Shown here in pieces: positions 17,652 to 28,252 of a DNA stretch of 28,252 nucleotides. The stretch is from positions 1-28,252 of the forward strand of contig DATLGZ010000371.1 in assembly GCA_035540235.1 (NCBI GenBank), given 5' to 3'. Made by a program: the position numbers and the translations under genes. The notes beneath the pieces were generated by a model. That model was not told the DNA's origin and ran no database searches. It saw only the letters and a list, made by a program, of their open reading frames with translations. Source of the DNA: Acidimicrobiales bacterium (lineage in GTDB: Bacteria > Actinomycetota > Acidimicrobiia > Acidimicrobiales > AC-14). How positions within the stretch are numbered: position 1 is the stretch's first letter; each line of letters starts with the position of its first letter.

Positions 17652-18367
17652 GGGCGCTCCTCACTGGCCACGGGCGCGTCCCAGTCGCGCTCACCGGCGG
17701 TCGGGGCGGTGTCGCCGGCAGGGCCGGCGGGGCCGCCGCTGGCGTCGTCGGTCGTGACCCCGGGCAGGGTGGACCGGGTGAAGACCACCCAGTCGCTGCA
17801 CAGCACGTCGTAGGCGTTGAGCTCGGAGTCGAGCAGCAGCTCGACGTCGGGCAGGTTGCGGAACGACTTGGCCGCCGCCTCCGCCTCACGATCGAGCACG
17901 ACGAGCACCTTGCCCTGGCCCACCAGCTCCAGGGCTCGCAGGGCGTCCAGGGCGTCCTTGGTCTTGGGGGCGTCGAAGGCCCACCGGTCGACCACGGCCA
18001 CCCGGCCCGACGCGGCCCGGTCGGAGAGGGCGGAGTGGAGGGCGAGCTGCACCATCTTCTTCGGGGTGCGCTGGCGGTAGGACCGGGGCTTGGGCCCGAG
18101 GGCCACGCCCCCGCCCCGCCAGTGGGGCGCTCGGGTGGAGCCCTGGCGGGCTCGGCCCGACCCCTTCTGCCGCCACGGCTTGCGCCCGCCGCCTCGGACC
18201 TCGGCCCGGGTCTTGGTGCTCTGGGTGCCCTGGCGGGCCGCCGCCAGCTGGGCCGTCACGACCTGGTGCATGACCGCCACGTTGGGCTTCACGCCGAAGA
18301 TGGCGTCGTCGAGGCGGATGGTGCCGACGACCGAGCCGGTGGCGGAGCGGACCTGCACGGTGGGCAT
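17648..18367 (-). CDS. rplD: 50S ribosomal protein L4
   Basis: [44 protein letters not shown] overlaps the rplC stop. Confidence 0.98.
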   Translation of the reverse strand: MPTVQVRSATGSVVGTIRLDDAIFGVKPNVAVMHQVVTAQLAAARQGTQSTKTRAEVRGGGRKPWRQKGSGRARQGSTRAPHWRGGGVALGPKPRSYRQRTPKKMVQLALHSALSDRAASGRVAVVDRWAFDAPKTKDALDALRALELVGQGKVLVVLDREAEAAAKSFRNLPDVELLLDSELNAYDVLCSDWVVFTRSTLPGVTTDDASGGPAGPAGDTAPTAGERDWDAPVASEERP

Positions 18368-19017
18368 CAGACCGCCCCCTGCCCGTTCTTGACCGCGTTG
18401 CGGATGAGGACGAGGCCGCCGCGGGGACCGGGCACGGCGCCCTTGAGGAGGATGAGGTCGCGGTCGGGGTCGGCCTCCACCACCTCCAGGTTGAGGACGG
18501 TCACCTTCTGGTGGCCCATGCGCCCCGCCATGCGGGTGCCCTTGAACACCCGGGCCGGGGTGGCGCACGCCCCGATGGCTCCCGGCGCCCGGTGGACCTT
18601 GTGGGCGCCGTGGGCCGCCCCCAGCCCGCCGAAGTTGTGGCGCTTCATGACCCCGCTGAAACCCTTGCCCCGGCTGACGGCGGTGACGTCGACCCGCTCG
18701 CCCGCGGTCATGATGTCGGCCTTGATCTCCTGGCCCACGGTGTAGGCGCCGGCGTCGTCGACGCGCAGCTCCACCAGGCGCTTGCCCGGCTCCACGTTGG
18801 CCTTGGCGTAGTGACCCAGCTCGGGCTTGCTGAGCCGCGAGGGCTTCACCGAGCCGAACGTGACCTGGACGGCGCTGTACCCGTCGTGTTCGGGCGTCTT
18901 CACCTGCACGACCCGGCACGGCGAGACGCGCACCAACGTGACCGGGACGGCCCGGTTCTGGTCGTCCCAGACCTGGGTCATGCCGACCTTCTCGCCGACG
19001 ATCGCTTTCGTTGCCAT
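18367..19017 (-). CDS. rplC: 50S ribosomal protein L3
   Basis: GEKVGMTQ, S.GKGF.GVMKRHNF, VFKG.RMAG.MG, KGAVPG. Start at ATG 19017. Confidence 0.98.
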   Translation of the reverse strand: MATKAIVGEKVGMTQVWDDQNRAVPVTLVRVSPCRVVQVKTPEHDGYSAVQVTFGSVKPSRLSKPELGHYAKANVEPGKRLVELRVDDAGAYTVGQEIKADIMTAGERVDVTAVSRGKGFSGVMKRHNFGGLGAAHGAHKVHRAPGAIGACATPARVFKGTRMAGRMGHQKVTVLNLEVVEADPDRDLILLKGAVPGPRGGLVLIRNAVKNGQGAV

Positions 19018-19210
19018 AGCTGTGCCTGAACGCTCTTCTGCTCTCGAGTCGTTTCGAACTGGGGTAGTCACGCGGACGCTCCGCACAGGTAGGGCCTGGC
19101 GGAGCGCAACAGGTTGTGCCTCGGGGTACCGCATCGGCGACAAACCCAACGGCGACCGAGGACGTCGACATGACGGTGGAGCGTCAGCTCCCTGGGACCG
19201 AACGAGTATA
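19018..19210 (-). promoter_or_regulatory. Putative rplC-operon promoter (-10 TATACT at 19205-19210) and ~180-nt structured 5' leader
   Basis: TANNNT hexamer. Stems 19077-19089/19095-19106, 19119-19124/19156-19161 and 19178-19191. Confidence 0.6.
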
Positions 19211-19241
19211 GCGGGCCGTCCGGAAAGCGCCCGCCGGCACC

Positions 19242-19247
19242 TACCCT
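19242..19247 (+). promoter_or_regulatory. Putative -10 (TACCCT) for a leaderless ComB-like transcript
   Basis: TANNNT 7 nt before GTG 19255. No SD visible. Confidence 0.5.
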
Positions 19248-19254
19248 CGGTACC

Positions 19255-19944
19255 GTGCACCTCGAGTGGGGACGGCCCGGGCTGCGAGAGGCCGGGCGCC
19301 AGGCCGACGTGGTGGTCGTGGTCGACGTGCTGTCGTTCACCACTGCGGTGGCGGTCGCCACCGAGCGGGGGGTGGTCGTCCACCCCATGCGGCCCGGCGA
19401 GCCCTACGCCCCCGCTATCGCCCGCCGCCTGGGGGCCCACCTGGCCGGCAAGCGGGGCGCGGCGGTCTCCCTGTCGCCCCTCACCCTGGCGCGGCTGCCA
19501 GCCGGCGAACGGGTCGTCCTGGCCAGCCCCCACGGCGCCACGCTGGCGCTGGAGGCGGCCGCCACGGGTGCGACGGTGGTGGCAGCCAGCCTCCGCAACG
19601 CCGCCGCGGTGGGGGCGTGGCTGCAAGGAAGGCCGCGGCGGGTGGTGGTCATCGCCGCCGGGGAGTCCTGGCGCGACGGCCCGCCCCGGACCGCGGTGGA
19701 GGACCTCCTGGGGGCGGGGGCGGTGCTCAGCCACCTCCCCCCGTCCACGCTGTCGGCCGAGGCTCGGGTGGCGGCCGACGCCTTCCGGGCCAGCCGGCAG
19801 GAGCTGGAGGCGATCCTGCGGGGCTGCACGTCGGGTCGGGAGCTGGCCGCCCAGGGCTTCGTGGACGACGTGTCGTGCGCGGCCGAGCTCGACGCCTCGC
19901 CGGTGGTGCCCGTGCTGGTGGAGGGGGCGTTCAGACCTTGGTGA
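19255..19944 (+). CDS. 2-phosphosulfolactate phosphatase (ComB)-family protein
   Basis: VVVVDVLSFTT, SLSP, LASPHG, AASLRNA.AV, VIAAGE.W, AVED.LGAG. Overlaps the MBL gene end convergently by 14 nt. Confidence 0.85.
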   Translation: MHLEWGRPGLREAGRQADVVVVVDVLSFTTAVAVATERGVVVHPMRPGEPYAPAIARRLGAHLAGKRGAAVSLSPLTLARLPAGERVVLASPHGATLALEAAATGATVVAASLRNAAAVGAWLQGRPRRVVVIAAGESWRDGPPRTAVEDLLGAGAVLSHLPPSTLSAEARVAADAFRASRQELEAILRGCTSGRELAAQGFVDDVSCAAELDASPVVPVLVEGAFRPW

Positions 19945-21430
19945 CCTTGTCGCCCACGGGCACCCCGCCGCTGAGCTTGAAGGCGTAGGCCTCCTTCATG
20001 TCGTCCTTGCCGCTGTAGGTGTAGACGAGGAGGCGGGCGCCGTCGGTGCGAAGCCGCACCAACCCGAACGCGGACCGGCTGAAGGCGAAGAAGCTCCGCC
20101 GCCGCTTGGTCTGGTCGGGGCCGCCGACGAAGTCGGGATGGGGGGTGACGTAGCCCTCCACCTTGAAGAAGGCAGCCAGCTCGGTGACGAAGATCAACGG
20201 GTCGTCGACTCCCGGGCGAGAGCACCGGCCGAGGGCGGCCATGAGGTTGGCCCGGGGGTGCATGTACTCCTTGCGCTCGTGCTCGTCGCCGGCGGAGACG
20301 ATCGACACGATCGGCGAGACCCGCGACAGGAACTCCGAGGAGTAGTCGGCCGAGCCGTGATGGGGCACCTTGAGGATCTCGGCGGTGAGGTCTATGCGTC
20401 CCTCGTCGTGCGCTTCGACGAGGGCGTGCTCGGCCTCCTCGTTGAGGTCGCCGGCGAACAGGAACCGCATCCCGCCGAAGGTCACGTGCAGGATCACCGA
20501 GTGGCCGTTGATGGTGTGCGACGCCGAGAAGGCGCCGAACCGGGCCGGTCCCGGCTGGCGGCCCACACGGGCCGGGGGCTGGCGGAGGAAGGCCAGTCCC
20601 GCCACCCCGTCGGCGTCGGTCACGATGGGCCCCAGCACCTTCACCTCCACGCCACCGTCGCGGAGGAAGTCGAAGGCATCGTGGTCGCCCTCGGCCAGCC
20701 TCCGGAGCTCGATCGGACCCCGGGCGCGGAACGCCTCCAGCGCCTTCCGCCACGCCCGGAACGGGGTGTTCATCTGCGAAGGAGGCACGGCCAGGAGGTC
20801 GTCGACCAGGTCGACGACGACCGGCGACCCGTCCACCTGCCGGGTCGGGCCCAGCATCTCGAGCTCCTTGACCGAGCCCGGCCGCTTGACCAGCCCGTTG
20901 TGGAACACCCGCTGGGGACGGAGGAACAGGCGCTTGCTGTGGTTGCTGTGCGTCTCCGACTTGTGGATCTCGACCAGGCCGGAGAAGTGGTCGGCGTCGC
21001 CGTGGCTGACCACGATGCAGTCGACCACTCGGGAGGCGGCGGCCGACGAGCCCCGGAAGCGAGCGGCGAGGTAGCGGGCGAACAACCGGTTCTCGCCCCC
21101 GTCGACGAGCACCGTCTTGCCGTCGGGGGTCTCGAGCAGGGCGGCGTCGCCCTGCTGGACGTCGACGACATCGACCTTGAGCACCTTGGGAGCGGCCGGG
21201 CCGACGGGCAGGAGGGTCTTGGCCGTGGGCTTGCGGATGAAGCCGGTACGGAACCCGGGGGTGAAGCTGCCGTTGTCGGGCACGAGCATGGGCACCTTCA
21301 CCGTGGCCCGCTGGGGCGTGCGCTCCACCACCTCCACGTCGTCCCCCCACGCCAGGGTGGTCAGGAAGCGACCGCTGCCGTCGAACACGTTGGCCAGGTC
21401 GACGCCGACCCGGTGAAGCTCGCCCGCCAT
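19931..21430 (-). CDS. ComEC/Rec2-like MBL-fold metallo-hydrolase with an extra N-terminal domain
   Basis: DVQQGDA.L, LVDGG, SHGDADH..G, N..S, LFAGD, KVPHHGS, S.G....YMHP. Start ATG 21430; alternative GTG 21490. Confidence 0.85.
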   Translation of the reverse strand: MAGELHRVGVDLANVFDGSGRFLTTLAWGDDVEVVERTPQRATVKVPMLVPDNGSFTPGFRTGFIRKPTAKTLLPVGPAAPKVLKVDVVDVQQGDAALLETPDGKTVLVDGGENRLFARYLAARFRGSSAAASRVVDCIVVSHGDADHFSGLVEIHKSETHSNHSKRLFLRPQRVFHNGLVKRPGSVKELEMLGPTRQVDGSPVVVDLVDDLLAVPPSQMNTPFRAWRKALEAFRARGPIELRRLAEGDHDAFDFLRDGGVEVKVLGPIVTDADGVAGLAFLRQPPARVGRQPGPARFGAFSASHTINGHSVILHVTFGGMRFLFAGDLNEEAEHALVEAHDEGRIDLTAEILKVPHHGSADYSSEFLSRVSPIVSIVSAGDEHERKEYMHPRANLMAALGRCSRPGVDDPLIFVTELAAFFKVEGYVTPHPDFVGGPDQTKRRRSFFAFSRSAFGLVRLRTDGARLLVYTYSGKDDMKEAYAFKLSGGVPVGDKVTKV

Positions 21431-21508
21431 CGCCGCCGCCCCGCCCGCCCGCCTACGGCCCTGGCCAGAAACGTTCGCCCGCCCGTCCACGACCTCGCCC
21501 GCGAGGCA

Positions 21509-21865
21509 TCAGAGCTGGAGGAACGACGGCGGGGGTGGCTCGATGCCCTGGGGCGGTGGCCCGATGAACACGTGCCCGTCGTCGACGCCCACCGGGAAGG
21601 CGGTGGCGTCTACCGGCGAGGGGCCGTCGAGGCGCTCGCCGGTCGAGATGCGGAACATGCTCCCGTGCCAGGGGCAGACGACCACGTCGTCCTTCTGGTA
21701 CCCCTCGTTGAGAGGCCCGCCGGCGTGCGGGCACCGCGACCACAGCGCGAACAGCTCGTCGTCGACCCGGAACAGGGCGATCGGGTAGCCGTGCGCCTGC
21801 ACCGCCAGCGGCTCCCGGTCGGTCACGTCCGATTCCTCCGCCACGTACACCCAGTCGTCGGCCAC
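21509..21865 (-). CDS. Rieske [2Fe-2S] ferredoxin
   Basis: CPHAGGPL and VCPWHG ligand motifs. Start placed at GTG 21865, with TAGGCT 8 nt upstream; the ORF is open to 21970. Confidence 0.9.
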   Translation of the reverse strand: MADDWVYVAEESDVTDREPLAVQAHGYPIALFRVDDELFALWSRCPHAGGPLNEGYQKDDVVVCPWHGSMFRISTGERLDGPSPVDATAFPVGVDDGHVFIGPPPQGIEPPPPSFLQL

Positions 21866-22018
21866 GAACGGCGAGCCTACGCCCCGTTCCCGCTCAACGC
21901 CCGAGCGCTGCTCCCCGCCCCTGCCGGACGCCCGCCGCGTCGCGCTGCCGAACTGTTGCGTCTCGGCCACCGAAACGGTGGTCGAGCGCCAACACTTCCC
22001 CCACTCCGACCCGGAGGG

Positions 22019-22333
22019 TCAGGCCTGCTGGATCTTGATCTCGATGTCGACGCCGGCCGGCAGGTCGAGGCGCTGGAGCGAGTCGACCGTCTTGGGGGTC
22101 GGCTCGAGGATGTCGAGCAGGCGCTTATGGATCCGCATCTCGAAGTGCTCGCGGGAGTCCTTGTCCTTGTGCGGGCTGCGGATGACGGTCCAGCGGTGCG
22201 TCTCCGTAGGCAGCGGGACCGGGCCCCGCACCTTGGCCTGGGTGCGCACGACCGTCTCCACGATCTTCTTGGTGGACTGATCGACGATCTCGTGGTCGTA
22301 CGCCTTGAGCCGGATGCGGATCTTCTGTGCCAC
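22019..22333 (-). CDS. rpsJ: 30S ribosomal protein S10
   Basis: [35 protein letters not shown]. Confidence 0.98.
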   Translation of the reverse strand: MAQKIRIRLKAYDHEIVDQSTKKIVETVVRTQAKVRGPVPLPTETHRWTVIRSPHKDKDSREHFEMRIHKRLLDILEPTPKTVDSLQRLDLPAGVDIEIKIQQA

Positions 22334-22337
22334 CGGG

Positions 22338-23525
<1,188 letters not shown>

Positions 23526-23564
23526 GGAAGGTTCCCCTGCTCCTCGTTCCTGTCGTCCCCGCCC

Positions 23565-25682
<2,118 letters not shown>

Positions 25683-25702
25683 TGGTCGTGCTCTCTCATG
25701 AC

Positions 25703-25731
25703 GATGGCCGGGCGACGTGCGCCCGGCCATC
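25703..25731. promoter_or_regulatory. Perfect 12-bp hairpin in the rpsG-fusA spacer
   Basis: GATGGCCGGGCG-ACGTG-CGCCCGGCCATC. No U-tract follows. Confidence 0.7.
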
Positions 25732-25748
25732 AAGACGTGTACGGGGTA

Positions 25749-26219
25749 TTACCAGCGGTAGTGCGCGAACGCTCGGTTGGACTCGGCCATCTTGTGCATG
25801 TCCTCACGGCGCTTCACGGCCGTGCCGGTGGCGTTCATGGCGTCCATGAGCTCGCCGGCCAGGCGCTCGGCCATGCTGCGCTCGCGGCGCTGGCGCGAGT
25901 AGCCGACCAGCCAGCGGATGGCGAGGGTGGTGGCCCGGCGGGGACGGACCTCGACCGGGACCTGGTAGGTGGCGCCGCCGACCCGGCGGCTCTTGACCTC
26001 GACCTGGGGCTTGACGTTCTCGACCGCCCGCTTGAGGGCGGCGAGGGGCTCCTGGCCGCTCTTCTCGTTCACGATCTCGAGGGCGCGGTAGACGGTGCGC
26101 TCGGCCAGCGAGCGCTTGCCCCGCTGCATGATCTTGTTGACGACCTGGGTCACCAGCACCGACCGGTAGATGGGGTCGGGCATGAGGTCGCGACGCGGCG
26201 GCGGGCCCTTTCTGGGCAT
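25749..26219 (-). CDS. rpsG: 30S ribosomal protein S7
   Basis: [32 protein letters not shown]. Confidence 0.98.
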   Translation of the reverse strand: MPRKGPPPRRDLMPDPIYRSVLVTQVVNKIMQRGKRSLAERTVYRALEIVNEKSGQEPLAALKRAVENVKPQVEVKSRRVGGATYQVPVEVRPRRATTLAIRWLVGYSRQRRERSMAERLAGELMDAMNATGTAVKRREDMHKMAESNRAFAHYRW

Positions 26220-26224
26220 GAGTC

Positions 26225-26596
26225 CTAGCCTTCCCTCTTCGCGCCGTAGCGGCTGCGGGCCTGCTTGCGGTCGCGGACGCCGGAGGCGTCGAGCACACCG
26301 CGGATGATCTTGTAGCGGACCCCGGGCAGGTCCTTCACCCGGCCGCCACGCACGAGCACGATGGAGTGCTCCTGGAGGTTGTGGCCGACGCCGGGGATGT
26401 AGGCGGTGACCTCCTGGCCGGTGGTGAGCCGCACCCGGGCGACCTTGCGCAGGGCGGAGTTGGGCTTCTTGGGGGTGTGGGTGTAGACGCGCGTGCAGAC
26501 GCCGCGCCGCTGAGGGGCGCCTCGGAGGGCGGGAGTCTTGGTCTTGGTGACCTTGGACTCGCGGCCTTTGCGGACGAGTTGAGCGATCGTGGGCAT
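26225..26596 (-). CDS. rpsL: 30S ribosomal protein S12
   Basis: [32 protein letters not shown]. Confidence 0.99.
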   Translation of the reverse strand: MPTIAQLVRKGRESKVTKTKTPALRGAPQRRGVCTRVYTHTPKKPNSALRKVARVRLTTGQEVTAYIPGVGHNLQEHSIVLVRGGRVKDLPGVRYKIIRGVLDASGVRDRKQARSRYGAKREG

Positions 26597-26607
26597 ACGG
26601 GGCTTCC

Positions 26608-26613
26608 ATTCTA
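26608..26613 (-). promoter_or_regulatory. Putative str-operon -10 (TAGAAT) overlapping the nucleotidyltransferase stop codon
   Basis: TAGAAT begins with the NTase TAG and lies 11 nt before the rpsL ATG. Confidence 0.55.
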
Positions 26614-27183
26614 GCTGGTCTCGGAGACCTCCTCGCCGGTCGGCCCCCGACCGGCTAGGCGGCGCAGCTCGGCCAGGGCGGCGAGGTCCTTCGGACGACC
26701 GGCCGCCGCCTTGGAGTCGATGATGTCGGCGAGGGACGCCACTGCCACCTCGACACCGGCCACCCGCACCTTCGTGGCACGAGCGGCGAGAGGCTCGAAG
26801 CCTCCCGGCCCGTCGATGACCAGGAGCACGTCGAGGCGCCCACCCACGGTGCTGAAGTACCACGCCAGCTCCTGCAGAAGCGACGCCGGCTCGTCCAGGT
26901 CCAGGACGGCTGCCTCCGGCGGCGCACCGCCCGGACCCGGCCCGGGGCCCTCCCGGCCCGCGAAGATCCGGGCGTCCAGGGCGCGGAGGGCGGCGGCGAG
27001 CCGGCGGAGGTTGCCGTCGCCGCGGTCCGGGACGACGTCGGCGTCGAAGGTCGCCCCCGAGTAACCGTGAACGATGGCGGCGATGCCGCCGACCAGGACG
27101 TAGCGGACGTCGTGATCGGCGAGGGTGCGTAGGATGAGAGCCGGATCGAACTGCCGGACCTCGGTCGTCCACTCCGTCGCCAT
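26611..27183 (-). CDS. Nucleotidyltransferase (AbiEii/DUF6036-like), putative toxin
   Basis: YVLVGG.AA..HG...T.DAD pol-beta-type motif and C-terminal K...GRPKD. ATG overlaps the HTH TGA. Confidence 0.8.
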   Translation of the reverse strand: MATEWTTEVRQFDPALILRTLADHDVRYVLVGGIAAIVHGYSGATFDADVVPDRGDGNLRRLAAALRALDARIFAGREGPGPGPGGAPPEAAVLDLDEPASLLQELAWYFSTVGGRLDVLLVIDGPGGFEPLAARATKVRVAGVEVAVASLADIIDSKAAAGRPKDLAALAELRRLAGRGPTGEEVSETS

Positions 27184-27488
27184 CAGGCGCCGGACGACTG
27201 CCGCACCTCAGGGGTCAGGAGCGAGAGTCGCTTCAGCTCCTCCAGGCGAGCGTCGAGGCCGGTGAGGGACAGAGGCGCGTCCGTGGGTGCCGGCGGCGAG
27301 AGGCGCAGCCGCAGCTCGAGCCCGCAGGCGTGGACGAGCCGCAGCAGGAGCGCCAGCGTGGGCTCCATGCGCCCCATCTCGATGCGGGCGACGGTGGAGG
27401 GCGATACGCCGGCGCGCGACGCCAGCTCCCGCTGGGAGAGCCGGGCCTGGCCCCGGGCCTCGCGGCACAGCGCCCACGCTGGCGACAT
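27183..27488 (-). CDS. XRE-family helix-turn-helix regulator, putative antitoxin
   Basis: AR..A.LSQRELA.RAGVS.STVARIE.G..EPT...L.RL. Confidence 0.9.
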   Translation of the reverse strand: MSPAWALCREARGQARLSQRELASRAGVSPSTVARIEMGRMEPTLALLLRLVHACGLELRLRLSPPAPTDAPLSLTGLDARLEELKRLSLLTPEVRQSSGA

Positions 27489-27516
27489 GATGCAATCGTA
27501 TTGCCAATATCGTTGC
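27489..27516 (-). promoter_or_regulatory. Leaderless promoter (-10 TACGAT, 27495-27500) overlapped by an imperfect palindrome, putative HTH operator
   Basis: Hexamer 6 nt before ATG 27488. GCAAtcgTATTG-c-CAATAtcgTTGC at 27492-27516 forms an AT-rich island in GC-rich DNA. Confidence 0.7.
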
Positions 27517-27612
27517 TTGCAGTCGTATATGCCAGCAGCCGCCCGCCCGGGAATCCCGGCGGTAGGTCGTCGGCGACTGCTGGAGCGTCAAGGGGTTGCA
27601 AGGACCAGCGGG

Positions 27613-28252
27613 TCAGCGCAGGGCCAGGGCAGCCACCCGCGACCCCAGGCAATAGCCCTGCTGCAGGCCGAGCTGGATCCCGCACATGAAGTGGATGCCG
27701 CCGTAGAGCCGCGACATGGCCGCCTCGTTGGCCGCCTGGTTGAACGACCCGAACGACCGGGGGGCCAGGCCCCGGGAGTCGTGGGTGTGGTCGGTGAACG
27801 ACCGCCCGCCGAAGAGCGACGTGAGCACGACGGCGGCGGCCGCCGACTGGGTGGAGTGGCCGGAGGGGTACTCGGGGAACGGCGGCGTGACGAGCAGCGG
27901 CGACCACGCCGGGTCGAAGACCTGGCGGATGTAGGTGACGGGGCGCAGCAGGCAGTGGCGGTACTTGGCCCACCAGCAGGCGATGAAGGCGTCGGCCACG
28001 GCGATGCCCAGCCGGGCGTAGGCCTCGGCGGCGGTGGCGAGGGAGGCGCCGTCGGCCCGCATGATCTGGCTGAGGATGGAGACCGAGTGGCCCGGCGGCG
28101 TGGAGGTCAGCCCCGGGTCGTCGGACCAGAAGAGGGCGATGGCCCGCTGCTCGGCGGTGAGGTTCGCTCCGATGGTTCGCACCTGGTGCGACTCCATCCA
28201 CAACTGGGTGCCCTCCGCCGTGGAGAAGGGCGGGGGGCACCCAGTTGTGGAT
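27613..28252 (-). CDS. Vanadium-dependent haloperoxidase / PAP2-superfamily protein, C-terminal part (5' end outside window)
   Basis: KY-x5-RP, PPFPEYPSGH, SRLYGGIHF. The frame stays open past the ORF-track start at 28203 (PPPFSTAEGTQLWMES) to the edge. Confidence 0.88.
   Translation of the reverse strand, partial: STTGCPPPFSTAEGTQLWMESHQVRTIGANLTAEQRAIALFWSDDPGLTSTPPGHSVSILSQIMRADGASLATAAEAYARLGIAVADAFIACWWAKYRHCLLRPVTYIRQVFDPAWSPLLVTPPFPEYPSGHSTQSAAAAVVLTSLFGGRSFTDHTHDSRGLAPRSFGSFNQAANEAAMSRLYGGIHFMCGIQLGLQQGYCLGSRVAALALR
28196..28252. repeat. Terminal inverted repeat/hairpin ending at the last base
   Basis: 28196-28213 is the exact reverse complement of 28235-28252 (18 bp). The stem extends to 24 bp with one G-T pair and has a 9-nt loop. 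Confidence 0.92.

Noticed and set aside
17648-19171. Open frame from an ATG in the rplC leader, through rplC, into rplD (apparent N-terminally extended L4)
   Set aside because: The alternative-frame translation is low-information Arg/Gly/Pro sequence. rplD has a normal TGATG-coupled start at 18367.
21966-22018. Short stems after rpsJ (22004-22016, 21967-21981) as a terminator
   Set aside because: Only 5-7 bp with 3-nt loops and no U-tract. Too weak to call in GC-rich DNA.
26225-26596. Streptomycin-resistance substitutions in S12
   Set aside because: PKKPNS and RVKDLPG are wild-type.
28191-28202. ATCCACA as a DnaA box
   Set aside because: CCATCCACA mismatches the TTATCCACA consensus, lies in a CDS, is not clustered, and its second copy is the hairpin arm.

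Overview
High-GC actinobacterial DNA, most likely class Acidimicrobiia (inferred from the uL15 C-terminus, the bL17 and IF-1 N-termini and gene order). The window carries the str-S10-spc-alpha ribosomal protein supercluster on the minus strand, from rpsL-rpsG-fusA-tuf-rpsJ through rplC...secY-adk-map to infA-rpmJ-rpsM-rpsK-rpsD-rpoA-rplQ-truA. Accessory genes interrupt or flank it: (i) an XRE-HTH plus nucleotidyltransferase pair ending 14 nt before rpsL; (ii) a Rieske ferredoxin, a ComEC-like MBL hydrolase and an opposite-strand ComB-like phosphatase between rpsJ and rplC; (iii) a single-TM FtsH paralog between map and infA. The window ends cut a vanadium-haloperoxidase-like gene and a fused MFS/spermidine-synthase-like gene. 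The most striking unexplained pattern is a set of intergenic mini-ORFs. Each starts on the TGA stop of one ribosomal protein gene and stops on the start of the next, bridging 7 of the 10 gapped TGA junctions (2 more end 4-5 nt short). infA appears to start at CTG. Both window ends are fold-back hairpins, probably artefacts. No tRNA, rRNA, CRISPR array or transposase was recognised.
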